In this document: piece after piece, positions 54,623-63,842 of the stretch | Numbering within the stretch: position 1 is the stretch's first letter | How the letters are laid out: each line of letters starts with the position of its first letter | Assembly (NCBI GenBank): GCA_963676615.1 | Contig: OY781092.1 | Coordinates: 1,376,001 to 1,440,000 of the forward strand | From: Candidatus Cloacimonadota bacterium | GTDB lineage: Bacteria; Cloacimonadota; Cloacimonadia; G963667145 | Direction: 5' to 3' | Length of the DNA stretch: 64,000 nucleotides | Notes under the pieces: model-generated | What the model saw: the letters and a program-made list of their open reading frames with translations, nothing else | Told to the model about the DNA's origin: nothing | Database searches by the model: none | Made by a program: the position numbers and the translations under genes

Positions 54623-55921
54623 ATGGGTGACCACAAAATCGAATTTTCCTCATATTTTCAAAATCTAACAATATCTGCCATTCGCCAAGCGCAACAATGC
54701 TACGCCGATCGCACCGACAAAGTCAAGGCTGTAAACGCCTCAATCGGAAATGTCAGCCTGCCGATGCACCCAGCGATGATAAAGAGGCTGCAAAACATCA
54801 CCCAAGCCCCCGAACTGGGCGAAGGCGTCGTCAAATACACCGCCACTTCGGGCAGAGAAGAGACCAAGCAAGCCTTCAGAAACCTCATCTCACTTTGCGG
54901 AGCCAACACCGAAAAGCTGGAGGTCATCATCACCAGCGGCGGCTCGCAAGCAATGGATCTCGCGCTTTTGGGCTGCTGCCAAGACGGTCGCCCGCTTGTC
55001 ATCTCCGAGCCGACCTACTCCAACTACATCAGCATCGCCCAAGCGTATCGCATCCCCGTGGTCACCGACCCGCACACGCTCTGCGAAGACGGCCACTTCC
55101 GCTGCGACATCGAATTGGAAGAGATTATCAAAAAAAACAACCCCGGAGCAATCGTCGTCATTCCATACGACAATCCCACGGGAAAACTACTTTCACAAGC
55201 AAGATTGGTCGAAATCGCCAAACTCTGCGTCAAATACGACCTTTGGATGATTAGCGACGAAGCGTATCGATACTTGCACTACACCGATCAAGAAGCTCCC
55301 TCGATCTGGAAAATCGACGAAGCACAAGCCCCAGGAATCAGCCGCCGCAGAATGAGCATCGACACCGTCTCCAAAGGCTTGAACGGTTGCGGACTTCGCA
55401 TCGGGGCGCTTGTTTGCGACAACAAAGAGTTCTACCTAAAAGCGATTATCGCCGCATCGTCGCACCTATGTGCCAGCGCAATCGACCAATACATCGTCGG
55501 CGGAATTGCCGCTGAAAAACCCGAAAATTTGGCAAAATGGTTCGAAAAATTGAAAAATTACTACCAAAACTTGATAATTTCCACCACAAATGAGCTAAAA
55601 AAGAGGATTCCACAAATAATCGTCTCCTCTCCACAATCGGCACTCTACTCCATCGTTGACCTCAGAAATATCGTTCCCAAAGAGTTCGAAATAGAAAAAT
55701 TTTGTCGATATTGTGCTGAAAAAGGCAAAATTTCGCTAAAAAACGAAGAATTTACCCTACTTATCACCCCTTTGACCAGTTTTTACCTCTCAGAATCGCA
55801 AAACAAGCACTATCAACTTCGCCTCTCCTATGTCGCTCATCCCGACGAAATCGCCAAAATTCCGTTCCTGCTAGACGAACTCCTGAAGCAATATTTATCT
55901 ATTGACAAAACAAACCGCTAA
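54623..55921 (+). CDS. PLP-dependent aminotransferase class I/II
   Basis: ITSGGSQA, EPTYSNY, PYDNPTG, ISDEAY and DTVSK...GLRIG (PLP lysine); AGGAG RBS. Confidence 0.9.
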   Translation: MGDHKIEFSSYFQNLTISAIRQAQQCYADRTDKVKAVNASIGNVSLPMHPAMIKRLQNITQAPELGEGVVKYTATSGREETKQAFRNLISLCGANTEKLEVIITSGGSQAMDLALLGCCQDGRPLVISEPTYSNYISIAQAYRIPVVTDPHTLCEDGHFRCDIELEEIIKKNNPGAIVVIPYDNPTGKLLSQARLVEIAKLCVKYDLWMISDEAYRYLHYTDQEAPSIWKIDEAQAPGISRRRMSIDTVSKGLNGCGLRIGALVCDNKEFYLKAIIAASSHLCASAIDQYIVGGIAAEKPENLAKWFEKLKNYYQNLIISTTNELKKRIPQIIVSSPQSALYSIVDLRNIVPKEFEIEKFCRYCAEKGKISLKNEEFTLLITPLTSFYLSESQNKHYQLRLSYVAHPDEIAKIPFLLDELLKQYLSIDKTNR

Positions 55922-55960
55922 AATTACATAGCCCAAAATAAAAAGGAGGCGGTAACCAAA

Positions 55961-56038
55961 ATGAGCAAAAAAAGCGTTTGCAGCAGTTACTTTCTCCCTT
56001 TTCTAGCCAATTTTTGCCGCATTTCACGATGGTGGTAG
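55961..56038 (+). CDS. trpL: Putative Trp leader peptide (MSKKSVCSSYFLPFLANFCRISRWW)
   Basis: 25-aa ORF with AGGAGG upstream, ending in TGG TGG TAG, directly 5' of trpB; the Trp codons lie in a hairpin. Confidence 0.75.
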   Translation: MSKKSVCSSYFLPFLANFCRISRWW

Positions 56039-56087
56039 GGTCTCCTACCATATTTACCATTTGTGTGAGCGATTTTGCTCACAGACC
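56029..56087 (+). promoter_or_regulatory. Attenuator-like hairpins in the trpB leader
   Basis: TGGTAGG/CCTACCA stem (56033-56050) over the Trp codons and stop; TGTGAGC/GCTCACA stem (56064-56083). Confidence 0.6.
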
Positions 56088-56134
56088 TCATACCCCAACA
56101 TTTTATAAAATTATCTTTTCTTAAGGAGAAAAAA

Positions 56135-57313
56135 ATGCAATTTGACTCTATAAATGGATTTTTTGGAGAGTACGGCGGAGTTTTTGTCCCCGAAAATCTA
56201 GAAAAAGAACTAAAAAATATCGATAAACAGTATCAAAAACTAAAAAACGACCCAAATTTTGTTCAAGAACTGCACAATCTTTACAAACATTTCTCGGGAA
56301 GACCAACTCCCACCTATTTTGCCAAAAATTTGAGCAAAAAGTATGGCGCGCAAATATATTTGAAGCGTGAAGACCTGAATCACACGGGCGCACATAAGCT
56401 AAATCACTGCTTGGGCGAGGTGCTTTTGGCAAAAAAAATGGGCAAGAAAAAAGTTATCGCCGAAACTGGGGCAGGACAACACGGAGTAGCTTTGGCGACT
56501 GCCGCGACGCTGCTCGAGCTAGATTGCGACATCTATATGGGAGCCGTCGATATCGAAAAAGAGATGCCAAATGTCACCAGAATGCAGCTGCTGGGAGCAA
56601 AAGTCATCCCCGTGACAGCTGGGCTAGCCACGCTGAAAGAGGCAGTTGATGTCGCCTTTTGCGAATACCTCAAAGACATCGAAAACCAGTTTTACGCCAT
56701 CGGCTCTGTCGTCGGTCCGCATCCTTTTCCACAAATGGTGCAAGATTTTCAATCGATTGTCGGACGAGAAGCTCGCCAGCAATTTTTGGAGCTAACAGGA
56801 GAACTACCCGACCACCTCGTGGCTTGCGTCGGCGGCGGCAGCAACGCAATCGGACTTTTCCGTCCGTTTTTGAACGAAGAAAATATCCAAATGCACGGCG
56901 TTGAACCCGCAGGCACCTCTTTTAAAACAGGCGAACACGCAGCCACGCTCACCAAAGGCTCTCCAGGAGTTTTACACGGTTTCAGGAGCTACCTTTTGCA
57001 AGACGAAAAAGGCGAACCTGCGCCAGTAAACACCATCGCCAGCGGTCTGGATTACCCTGGAGTCGGTCCTGTCCACAGCTACCTCAAAGACATCAAAAAA
57101 GTGAGCTACCACACAATCTCAGACAAAGAGGCTCTGGAAGGATTTTTCACCTTATGCAAATGCGAAGGCATCATTCCAGCCCTAGAAAGCTCTCACGCAA
57201 TCGCTTTTGGAATAAAATTAGCTCAAAAATGCGAAAAAAATGAAAAAATCCTGATAAATCTCTCTGGAAGAGGCGACAAAGATTTGGAATACATCAAAGC
57301 CAACTATATGTAA
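56135..57313 (+). CDS. trpB: Tryptophan synthase beta chain
   Basis: [42 protein letters not shown] and [18 protein letters not shown] before ATG 56135. Confidence 0.97.
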   Translation: MQFDSINGFFGEYGGVFVPENLEKELKNIDKQYQKLKNDPNFVQELHNLYKHFSGRPTPTYFAKNLSKKYGAQIYLKREDLNHTGAHKLNHCLGEVLLAKKMGKKKVIAETGAGQHGVALATAATLLELDCDIYMGAVDIEKEMPNVTRMQLLGAKVIPVTAGLATLKEAVDVAFCEYLKDIENQFYAIGSVVGPHPFPQMVQDFQSIVGREARQQFLELTGELPDHLVACVGGGSNAIGLFRPFLNEENIQMHGVEPAGTSFKTGEHAATLTKGSPGVLHGFRSYLLQDEKGEPAPVNTIASGLDYPGVGPVHSYLKDIKKVSYHTISDKEALEGFFTLCKCEGIIPALESSHAIAFGIKLAQKCEKNEKILINLSGRGDKDLEYIKANYM

Positions 57314-57326
57314 AAAACAAAAATAT

Positions 57327-57381
57327 TAGCGCTTTTCGCCAATTTTTACTGAAAAATTGTGTGAAAAGCGCTATTTTTTTT
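57327..57381. terminator. Probable bidirectional intrinsic terminator between convergent trpB and gntR
   Basis: Long stem TAGCGCTTTTC..CAATTTTT/AAAAATTG...GAAAAGCGCTA with a T-tract on the + side and A-rich sequence on the other. Confidence 0.75.
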
Positions 57382-58072
57382 CTATTTTTGCTAAATTTTG
57401 CTCTAAAATCTCCAAATCTGTCTCAAAATGAGCCTCCATCAAAGATTTTACAGCTTTCTCCTCTTTTTTCGCCAGCGCCTCAACAATTCCCCGATGCTCC
57501 CAAATCGTTCTCTGCTCTTTTTCTGCTGACCCCAAAAAAAGTTTTCGTGAACGCTTAATTTTCGCTAAAAGAGGCTCCAAAATTGCAAAAAGAGTCTTGT
57601 TTTGCGAAAAAGTTGCCAATAAATGATGAAAATCGTGGTCAATTTCCACCAATTTCTGCAATCTTTCGCCCTTGTCCACAACTTTTTCGGTGCAATCGAC
57701 AAACTTTTGCAAGTTTTTCTCTAGCTCGCTCAGCTGATTTGCAGAAATTGTCGCCGCTAAAAAAGCCACATTACCACACTCCAACAAATTTGCCACCTTA
57801 TAAGCGTCCAAAATTTCGCCCTCCATCTCTGGCAGCTCAAAATTTGAATTTTCCTGCTGACCTCGCACAAAAACCCCCTTCCCCTGCAACACAACAACCA
57901 ACTTTTCGGCAATCAAACTGCTTATCGCTTCCCGAATTGTGGATCGGCTCACCTCGAACTTTTTTGCAAGCTCATTCTCAGACGGCAACTTAAACCCCGC
58001 AGGCTTCCCCGCGACAATCTTCTTTATCCTCCCGTGAACAACATCCGAGAGCTTCTGTATTTTAATCGACAT
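57371..58072 (-). CDS. GntR/FadR-family transcriptional regulator
   Basis: KLPSENELAKKFEVSRSTIREAI...QGKGVFV winged HTH; FCD domain with DHDFH...N and EH..IVEAL. Confidence 0.93.
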   Translation of the reverse strand: MSIKIQKLSDVVHGRIKKIVAGKPAGFKLPSENELAKKFEVSRSTIREAISSLIAEKLVVVLQGKGVFVRGQQENSNFELPEMEGEILDAYKVANLLECGNVAFLAATISANQLSELEKNLQKFVDCTEKVVDKGERLQKLVEIDHDFHHLLATFSQNKTLFAILEPLLAKIKRSRKLFLGSAEKEQRTIWEHRGIVEALAKKEEKAVKSLMEAHFETDLEILEQNLAKIEKK

Positions 58073-58123
58073 TTTTTCCTCTTCAATAAAAACGAAATCA
58101 AGCTTTACCGCTCGCTATCTTGG

Positions 58124-58134
58124 TTGTCTGACAA
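58124..58134. promoter_or_regulatory. Putative FadR-type operator palindrome TTGTCTGACAA
   Basis: Perfect palindrome around a central base, between divergent gntR and hydE, just downstream of the gntR-facing TTGACA (58143-58148). Confidence 0.6.
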
Positions 58135-58212
58135 GTTTTTGCTGTCAAGTTTTTATTTCTTGACTCAAATCAAAAACTCTTTTCTTATGCTACAAATTTG
58201 GTTATATCGAAA

Positions 58213-59247
58213 ATGAAAAAAGAAAAAATCGTAAAATTGCTGCAAAGCGAAAAAACACAAGAGCTATTTCAACAAGCGTATCAGGCAAAACTGAACAATC
58301 TGGGAGCTTTCAGCTACCTTCGTGCGCTGATCGAATACAGCAATTTTTGCTCTCGGAACTGTTTTTATTGCGGAATTAGAGGGAAAAATCAGAATTTGAA
58401 GCGATTTGAAATCCCACTGCCACAAATTAAAGAAAACATTAGAAACATCCACAGACAAGGTTACGCCTCTTTTGTGATTCAATCTGGAGAGCGAACCGAT
58501 CAAGATTTTATCGAAAAAATCGATGAAATCGTTAAATTTTCCAAAAATTTGAACGAAAATTTCAAAATTGTGCTCTCTGTGGGCGAACAAGAGCCAAAAA
58601 CTTACCAAAAATGGTTCGACTCGGGCGCAAATCGCTACCTTTTGCGGATAGAAACCTCCAACCAAGAGCTATACGAAAAAATTCATCCGCCCGAGATGAG
58701 CTTTGGGAAAAGGGTCGAATGCCTTTACAGCCTCAAAAAAATCGGCTATCAGACTGGAACAGGAATTTTGGTCGGTTTCCCAGATCAAACTTTGGAAAGC
58801 GTCGCCGAAGACATCCTTTTTTTTAAAAAAATCGATGTCGATATGCTCGGGCTCGGACCTTATATCCCTTGCCAAAACACGCCGTTATGGGAAAAATCAA
58901 AAAACATTGACCCCCAAAAAAACCTAGAGTTGAGCCTGAAAGTGATCGCCATTTGTCGCATCCTGATGCCGACAGTAAACATCGTCGCTTCCACAGCACT
59001 GCAAACCATCGACTCAAACGGCTACCTGCGGGGAATCCGCGCAGGCGCAAATGTGCTGATGCCGAACTTAACCCCCGAATCTTATAAAAAAAATTACGCT
59101 CTCTACGAGAACAAAGCGGTTGTGGACGACTCGCAAATCCTCGCCTTCGCCTCTATCCTTGGCGAAACCATCAGCCCGCAGCTCGCTGGAGACCCAAAAC
59201 ATTTTTTAAATCGGAAAAAACTTTTTCCACAAGGAGTTTCGCAATGA
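58213..59247 (+). CDS. hydE: [FeFe]-hydrogenase maturation radical SAM protein HydE
   Basis: LRALIEYSNFCSRNCFYCGIR (CxxxCxxC), YLLRIET, GPYIP..NTP and GANVLMPNLTP...Y.LYENK; coupled to hydF. Confidence 0.88.
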   Translation: MKKEKIVKLLQSEKTQELFQQAYQAKLNNLGAFSYLRALIEYSNFCSRNCFYCGIRGKNQNLKRFEIPLPQIKENIRNIHRQGYASFVIQSGERTDQDFIEKIDEIVKFSKNLNENFKIVLSVGEQEPKTYQKWFDSGANRYLLRIETSNQELYEKIHPPEMSFGKRVECLYSLKKIGYQTGTGILVGFPDQTLESVAEDILFFKKIDVDMLGLGPYIPCQNTPLWEKSKNIDPQKNLELSLKVIAICRILMPTVNIVASTALQTIDSNGYLRGIRAGANVLMPNLTPESYKKNYALYENKAVVDDSQILAFASILGETISPQLAGDPKHFLNRKKLFPQGVSQ

Positions 59248-60434
59248 AACAGCTGATTCCGCGAGGCGAGCGGCTAAACATCGCCATCTTGGGCAAAATC
59301 AACGCTGGAAAATCTTCGCTTATAAACGCCCTGACCAACCAAGAAATCTCCATCGTCGATTCCACGCGCGGCACCACCACAGACCCCGTTGCCAAAAGAT
59401 ACGAGCTTGTGCCTGTCGGTCCTGTGACCTTTTTCGACACCGCAGGAATAGACGACCAAGGCGAATTGGGCGAAAAAAGACGCAAAGCCAGCCTGCAAAT
59501 TTTGATGAAAACAGATTTAGCCATTTTGGTCGTCGCCGAAGGTAGAATAGACGAAAACGATACAGAATTGATAAAAAAGCTGAAAAATCTTGAAATTGAG
59601 CTGATAATTGCGTTCAATAAGGCAGATTTACTGAAAATTAGCCCTCAAGACAAGCAATTTTGCCAAAATCTTAACATCCATTTTCAAGAGGTTTCTTGCT
59701 TAGACAAAAATTCGATCACACAGCTAAAAGAAAAAATTATCAAAATTTTACCCGAAAAACACAAGAAAAAGCAAGTTTTACTCGACGATTTGCTGAAAAA
59801 AGGCAACAAAATCGTTTTAAACTGCCCGATCGACTCTTCAGCTCCCAAATCTCGCCTAATTTTGCCCCAAGTGCAAGTGCTCCGAAATATTTTGGACAAC
59901 AACGCAATAGCCACAGTAACCCAATCGGCGCAACTCGCAGAAGCTCTTTTGGATAACCCGAAATTAATAATTACCGACTCGCAAGCTGTCGGCGAGATTA
60001 AAAATATAATCCCCGAAGATGTCCTTTTTACGACATTTTCCATCGTTTTTGCAAGATACAAAGGCGACCTCGACGCCCTTTTGGCAGGGATTGAGCAAAT
60101 CGACAAGCTCCAAGACGGCGACAATGTGCTAATTGCCGAAGCGTGCTCGCATCATCCCCAAAGCGACGACATCGGACGCTACAAAATCCCCAAATGGCTG
60201 AGCGAATACACAGGCAAAAAGCTAAAATTTTCGTTTGCTGTGGGCAGCGACTACCCCGAAAATATGAAAAAAATCGCGCTGATTATCCATTGCGGCGGCT
60301 GTATGATGAACAAAGCCGAGATGACCCGCAGAATCGCCTACGCCAAAGAACAAAGCACGCCCATAACCAACTACGGAATGCTGATTTGCAAGGTTAACGG
60401 CATTTTAGAGCGGGCAATTCAGCCGTTTATCTAG
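59244..60434 (+). CDS. hydF: [FeFe]-hydrogenase maturation GTPase HydF
   Basis: GKINAGKSS, GTTTDPV, DTAG, NKAD, RLILPQVQ and Fe-S motif EACSHH...IHCGGCM. Confidence 0.95.
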   Translation: MKQLIPRGERLNIAILGKINAGKSSLINALTNQEISIVDSTRGTTTDPVAKRYELVPVGPVTFFDTAGIDDQGELGEKRRKASLQILMKTDLAILVVAEGRIDENDTELIKKLKNLEIELIIAFNKADLLKISPQDKQFCQNLNIHFQEVSCLDKNSITQLKEKIIKILPEKHKKKQVLLDDLLKKGNKIVLNCPIDSSAPKSRLILPQVQVLRNILDNNAIATVTQSAQLAEALLDNPKLIITDSQAVGEIKNIIPEDVLFTTFSIVFARYKGDLDALLAGIEQIDKLQDGDNVLIAEACSHHPQSDDIGRYKIPKWLSEYTGKKLKFSFAVGSDYPENMKKIALIIHCGGCMMNKAEMTRRIAYAKEQSTPITNYGMLICKVNGILERAIQPFI

Positions 60435-60442
60435 GAATTTTT

Positions 60443-61644
60443 ATGGAAGAGCGAGAAATTTTTTCGGTCAGTCAAATAAACGGCCACCTAAGAAACATCG
60501 TCAAAAGCAACATCCCCAATTTGTTCATCAAAGGCGAACTTTCCAACTGCACTCTGCACCGCTCTGGACACCTGTATTTCAGTTTAAAAGACGAAAAAGC
60601 GTCAATTCGCGGCGTAATGTTTCGTTTTTACTCCTCATCGCTCGATTTTGTGCCCCAAAATGGCGATGAAGTCGTCTGTTTTGGCAAACTCGATGTTTAC
60701 GAAGTCGCTGGCATCTACCAAATCACCGTTACCCAGATGGAAAAAAAAGGCTTGGGCGATTTGAACAAAAAATTCACCCAGCTCAAAGAAAAGCTAGAAT
60801 CGGAAGGACTTTTTGACGAGTCGCACAAAAAACCTATCCCCAAATATCCACAAAAAATCGGCATCATCACCTCGTCCAGCGGCGCAGCCATCCAAGACAT
60901 CAAAAATGTGCTATCTCGCAGATTTCCCTGCATCTATACCTCTATCCTGCGACAGTGCAAGGAGATACGGCGGTCAGCACAATCTTGAAAGGGCTAAAAT
61001 TTTTTGAAGAAAAAAAACGCGTGGACACCCTAATCATCGGCAGAGGCGGAGGCAGCCAAGAAGACCTTTTTTGCTTCAACTCCGAAGAGCTTGCCCGAGC
61101 CATTTTTGCGGCAAAAACGCCGATTATCGCTGGAATTGGGCACGAAATCGACTTCACAATTGCCGATTTTGTCGCAGATTTGCGTGCACCAACGCCTTCT
61201 GCCGCCGCAGAACTGGCTGTTCCCGACAAACAGGAGCTACTAGAAAAATTGCAGGACGCTCAAACTTTGCTAAAATTTCAAACACAAGCAAAATTTTCGC
61301 ATTTTAAGCAAAAAATCGAGCTGCAACACCAAACTTTGCTCGCCTTATCGCCTTTTTCGAGGCTAAAAGAGCTAAAATCCAAAGTCGAAAAATCTGGACT
61401 GCGAATGAACTATTTGCTCGCTTCGGCTTTTCACAAAATTTCCGAAAATTTCAAAATAAGCCAAGGCAAACTAGCTGAGCTTTCGCCTTTAAAAACGCTC
61501 TCCAGAGGCTACACCATCGCAAGACAAGGCGAAAAAACCCTCCGAAGCGTCAAATCTATCCACGAAAACAAGATTTTAGAGCTAATTTTCCCCGACGGTT
61601 ACGCGCAGATAGAGATAAAAAAAATCGAAAAGAAAAAGCTCTAG
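60443..61644 (+). pseudogene. xseA: Exodeoxyribonuclease VII large subunit, split by a 1-nt frameshift at ~60931-60937
   Basis: ORF1 has SGHLYFSLKD...IGIITSSSGAAIQDI...RRFP; the continuation YLYPATVQG...GRGGGS.EDL...GIGHEIDFTI.DFVAD.RAPTPS is in another frame. Confidence 0.88.
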
Positions 61645-62330
61645 CTTTCGGCTTCTCCGTTTTTTTGACAAATAGCCTCTGCCACCAAAAAATCGAAAGG
61701 AGTGGTGATTTTGATGTTCACTGGCTCGTCCTCGACGCAATGCACAGCAGCACCTTGCGACTCCAGAATACTGGCATCATCGGTAAACTCCAACTGGCTA
61801 TTTTTCGCTTTTTGATAAGCGGAATTCAAAAGAGAGAAAGAGAACGCCTGCGGAGTCGTTGCGCCAAAAATCTTTTGCCGATTTAAGCTTTTTTCGATTA
61901 CACCAGAACTCACCTGCTTGAGCGTGTTCGTCGTCGGCACAACGGGAATAACCGCCTGCACGCTCTGCACCTTTTCCGCTAGCTTCTGCACAACATTTTT
62001 GCTCGCAAACGGACGAACTCCGTCGTGAACAAAGACAAAATCGGTGTTTTCGACAAAATTTAGGGCGTTCGCAATCGAATCTTGCCGCATTTTGCCACCT
62101 TTCACGAACTCCAACGCTGGATAAAGACGCCCAAGCCGCTTTTTCGCAACATCGAACTCGTCCAACGGCAACACCACGATTATGCGAGCAAAAAGCTCGA
62201 ACGAAACAAATCTTTCAATCGTCCGCTCCAAAATCGGCTTGCCCAAAAGCGAAAGAAACTGCTTTTTCCGCTCAGACTGCATTCGGCGTCCCTTGCCCGC
62301 GGCGGTGATAATCGCAACAAACTCTGGCAC
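61641..62330 (-). CDS. ispD: 2-C-methyl-D-erythritol 4-phosphate cytidylyltransferase
   Basis: AAGKGRRM...KQF, GG..RQDS, VHDGVRPF, TPQAF, TDDAS and NIKITTP.D. Confidence 0.95.
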   Translation of the reverse strand: MPEFVAIITAAGKGRRMQSERKKQFLSLLGKPILERTIERFVSFELFARIIVVLPLDEFDVAKKRLGRLYPALEFVKGGKMRQDSIANALNFVENTDFVFVHDGVRPFASKNVVQKLAEKVQSVQAVIPVVPTTNTLKQVSSGVIEKSLNRQKIFGATTPQAFSFSLLNSAYQKAKNSQLEFTDDASILESQGAAVHCVEDEPVNIKITTPFDFLVAEAICQKNGEAES

Positions 62331-62339
62331 AACTATAAC

Positions 62340-63713
62340 TTACAGATCCACCGTAACATAACCGTAGCTGCCGTCGGCGTGCACAACATAAAAAAGCAAC
62401 CGATCGCCCTTTTTAGCTTTGGCGAGCTCAGCCTCAAACTGCCCCTGATTCTCCAGCAAAACATCCTGAACTTCCTGAATGACATCGCCTTTTTGCAATC
62501 CAGCCTTGGCAAAAGCGGAGTTCGCAGCAACATCTGAAACAACGACTCCAAAATCCAAAGATTTTTTTTGCGAAGCGTCGAGCGGCGCAACAGAGATGCT
62601 GGCCGCAGCTGCTGACACAGAACTTTCCGCTGGCTCAGCCTCAAAACCAGGCAAAGACGAAGCGCTCGGCTCGGTCAATTTTAAGTAAAAATACTCCCGT
62701 TTGCCGTTTTTGGAGACGATAATTCGCAATTCTCCCTTAGATTTGGCTCTTTTTTCGATTTTTCGGAGCGTTTCGATGTCTTTCACCCGAAAATTCTCTG
62801 CGCCGATTATCAAATCGCCAGCGACAAAACCAGCTTCTGCGCCTGGACTTTCGGGCACTACCGATTGCACAATCACGCCCTGTGCGGCAGACAAATTGTA
62901 GTTAAGCAAATCCGCTTGGCTCACATTTCGCAAATTCAACCCGTAAAAAAATCCGTTGTCCGCTGGCAACGGCTGCAGCGCATTATCCGCAACTTTTTCT
63001 TTGCTTTTTTGATATTCCGCAATCAAATTTTGGGCGATTGCGAAAAAAGATTCCGAAGAGAGAACTAAACCTTGCTGCAAAAAGCCGCCTTCGCCAATTC
63101 CTGTTTCGTCTATGGCAAACCCGACCATTCCACCGAAATTGTCCAGCACGACTCCGCCGAGCGTGTTCTGCGTGATATTCGCATCCACCTCGTAAACTTG
63201 CGAGCCGCTCTGCGCGTCCTGCAACATCACATCGGTCTTGGCGACAATCCCCGCCGAAGCGCTCAACTGCAGACCTCCAGTTTGATTTAAACCGCCACCG
63301 ACAACGCAAACATCTTGCCCCAACGAAGCAGGCAGTTTCGACTTTTTGGCAACTTTTATCGCATCCGAAGAGGCGAACTTATACACCGCCAAATTGACGC
63401 TCTCGCTCTTTCCAACGCTCTCCAGCAAAAACTTTTGCCCGTCCAAAGTCACCGCGTAAATCTTTTTGTGCTCAACGCCGTAAATATTCGTATTCACCGT
63501 CGCCAAATAATAATCTCGCTCCTCATTTTGAAAAATCACGCCCGAGCCCATACTCACGATTTCGGCAATTTTCCCAGAATCCACACTCTCTTGCACCACA
63601 ACATTCACAAGGGTTCCAGCGGCTTTATCAATAACATTTTTCCAGTCGTCTGCGCCCCACAAAAGTTGGCTCAGCAGCAACAACATCGAAAAACCTGTTA
63701 GCAATTTTTTCAT
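62340..63713 (-). CDS. Secreted HtrA/DegP-like protein with two PDZ domains; catalytic triad apparently lost
   Basis: Signal peptide, GSGVIF, GIVA, and two PDZ domains (GVIVQSVVPESPGAEAGFVAGDLI; GVVVSDVAANSAFAKAGLQKGDVI); no TNxH, DLA or GNSGG motif. Confidence 0.8.
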   Translation of the reverse strand: MKKLLTGFSMLLLLSQLLWGADDWKNVIDKAAGTLVNVVVQESVDSGKIAEIVSMGSGVIFQNEERDYYLATVNTNIYGVEHKKIYAVTLDGQKFLLESVGKSESVNLAVYKFASSDAIKVAKKSKLPASLGQDVCVVGGGLNQTGGLQLSASAGIVAKTDVMLQDAQSGSQVYEVDANITQNTLGGVVLDNFGGMVGFAIDETGIGEGGFLQQGLVLSSESFFAIAQNLIAEYQKSKEKVADNALQPLPADNGFFYGLNLRNVSQADLLNYNLSAAQGVIVQSVVPESPGAEAGFVAGDLIIGAENFRVKDIETLRKIEKRAKSKGELRIIVSKNGKREYFYLKLTEPSASSLPGFEAEPAESSVSAAAASISVAPLDASQKKSLDFGVVVSDVAANSAFAKAGLQKGDVIQEVQDVLLENQGQFEAELAKAKKGDRLLFYVVHADGSYGYVTVDL

Positions 63714-63793
63714 TTAGACCTCCACCTAAAAATACATCATTATCCCATTTTGAGGCGACTAAAAATTAGTCAAATTTTTTCTTGACTAAAAAA

Positions 63794-63820
63794 GTAGCAA
63801 TCGCAGGGTTGCACTGCTAA
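63794..63820 (+). promoter_or_regulatory. CIRCE element (HrcA operator) upstream of groES
   Basis: GTAGCAATC-N9-CACTGCTAA versus consensus TTAGCACTC-N9-GAGTGCTAA (2 mismatches per arm), overlapping the TTGACT promoter region. Confidence 0.75.
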
Positions 63821-63842
63821 TAAAATTTAAGGAGAGTCAAAA

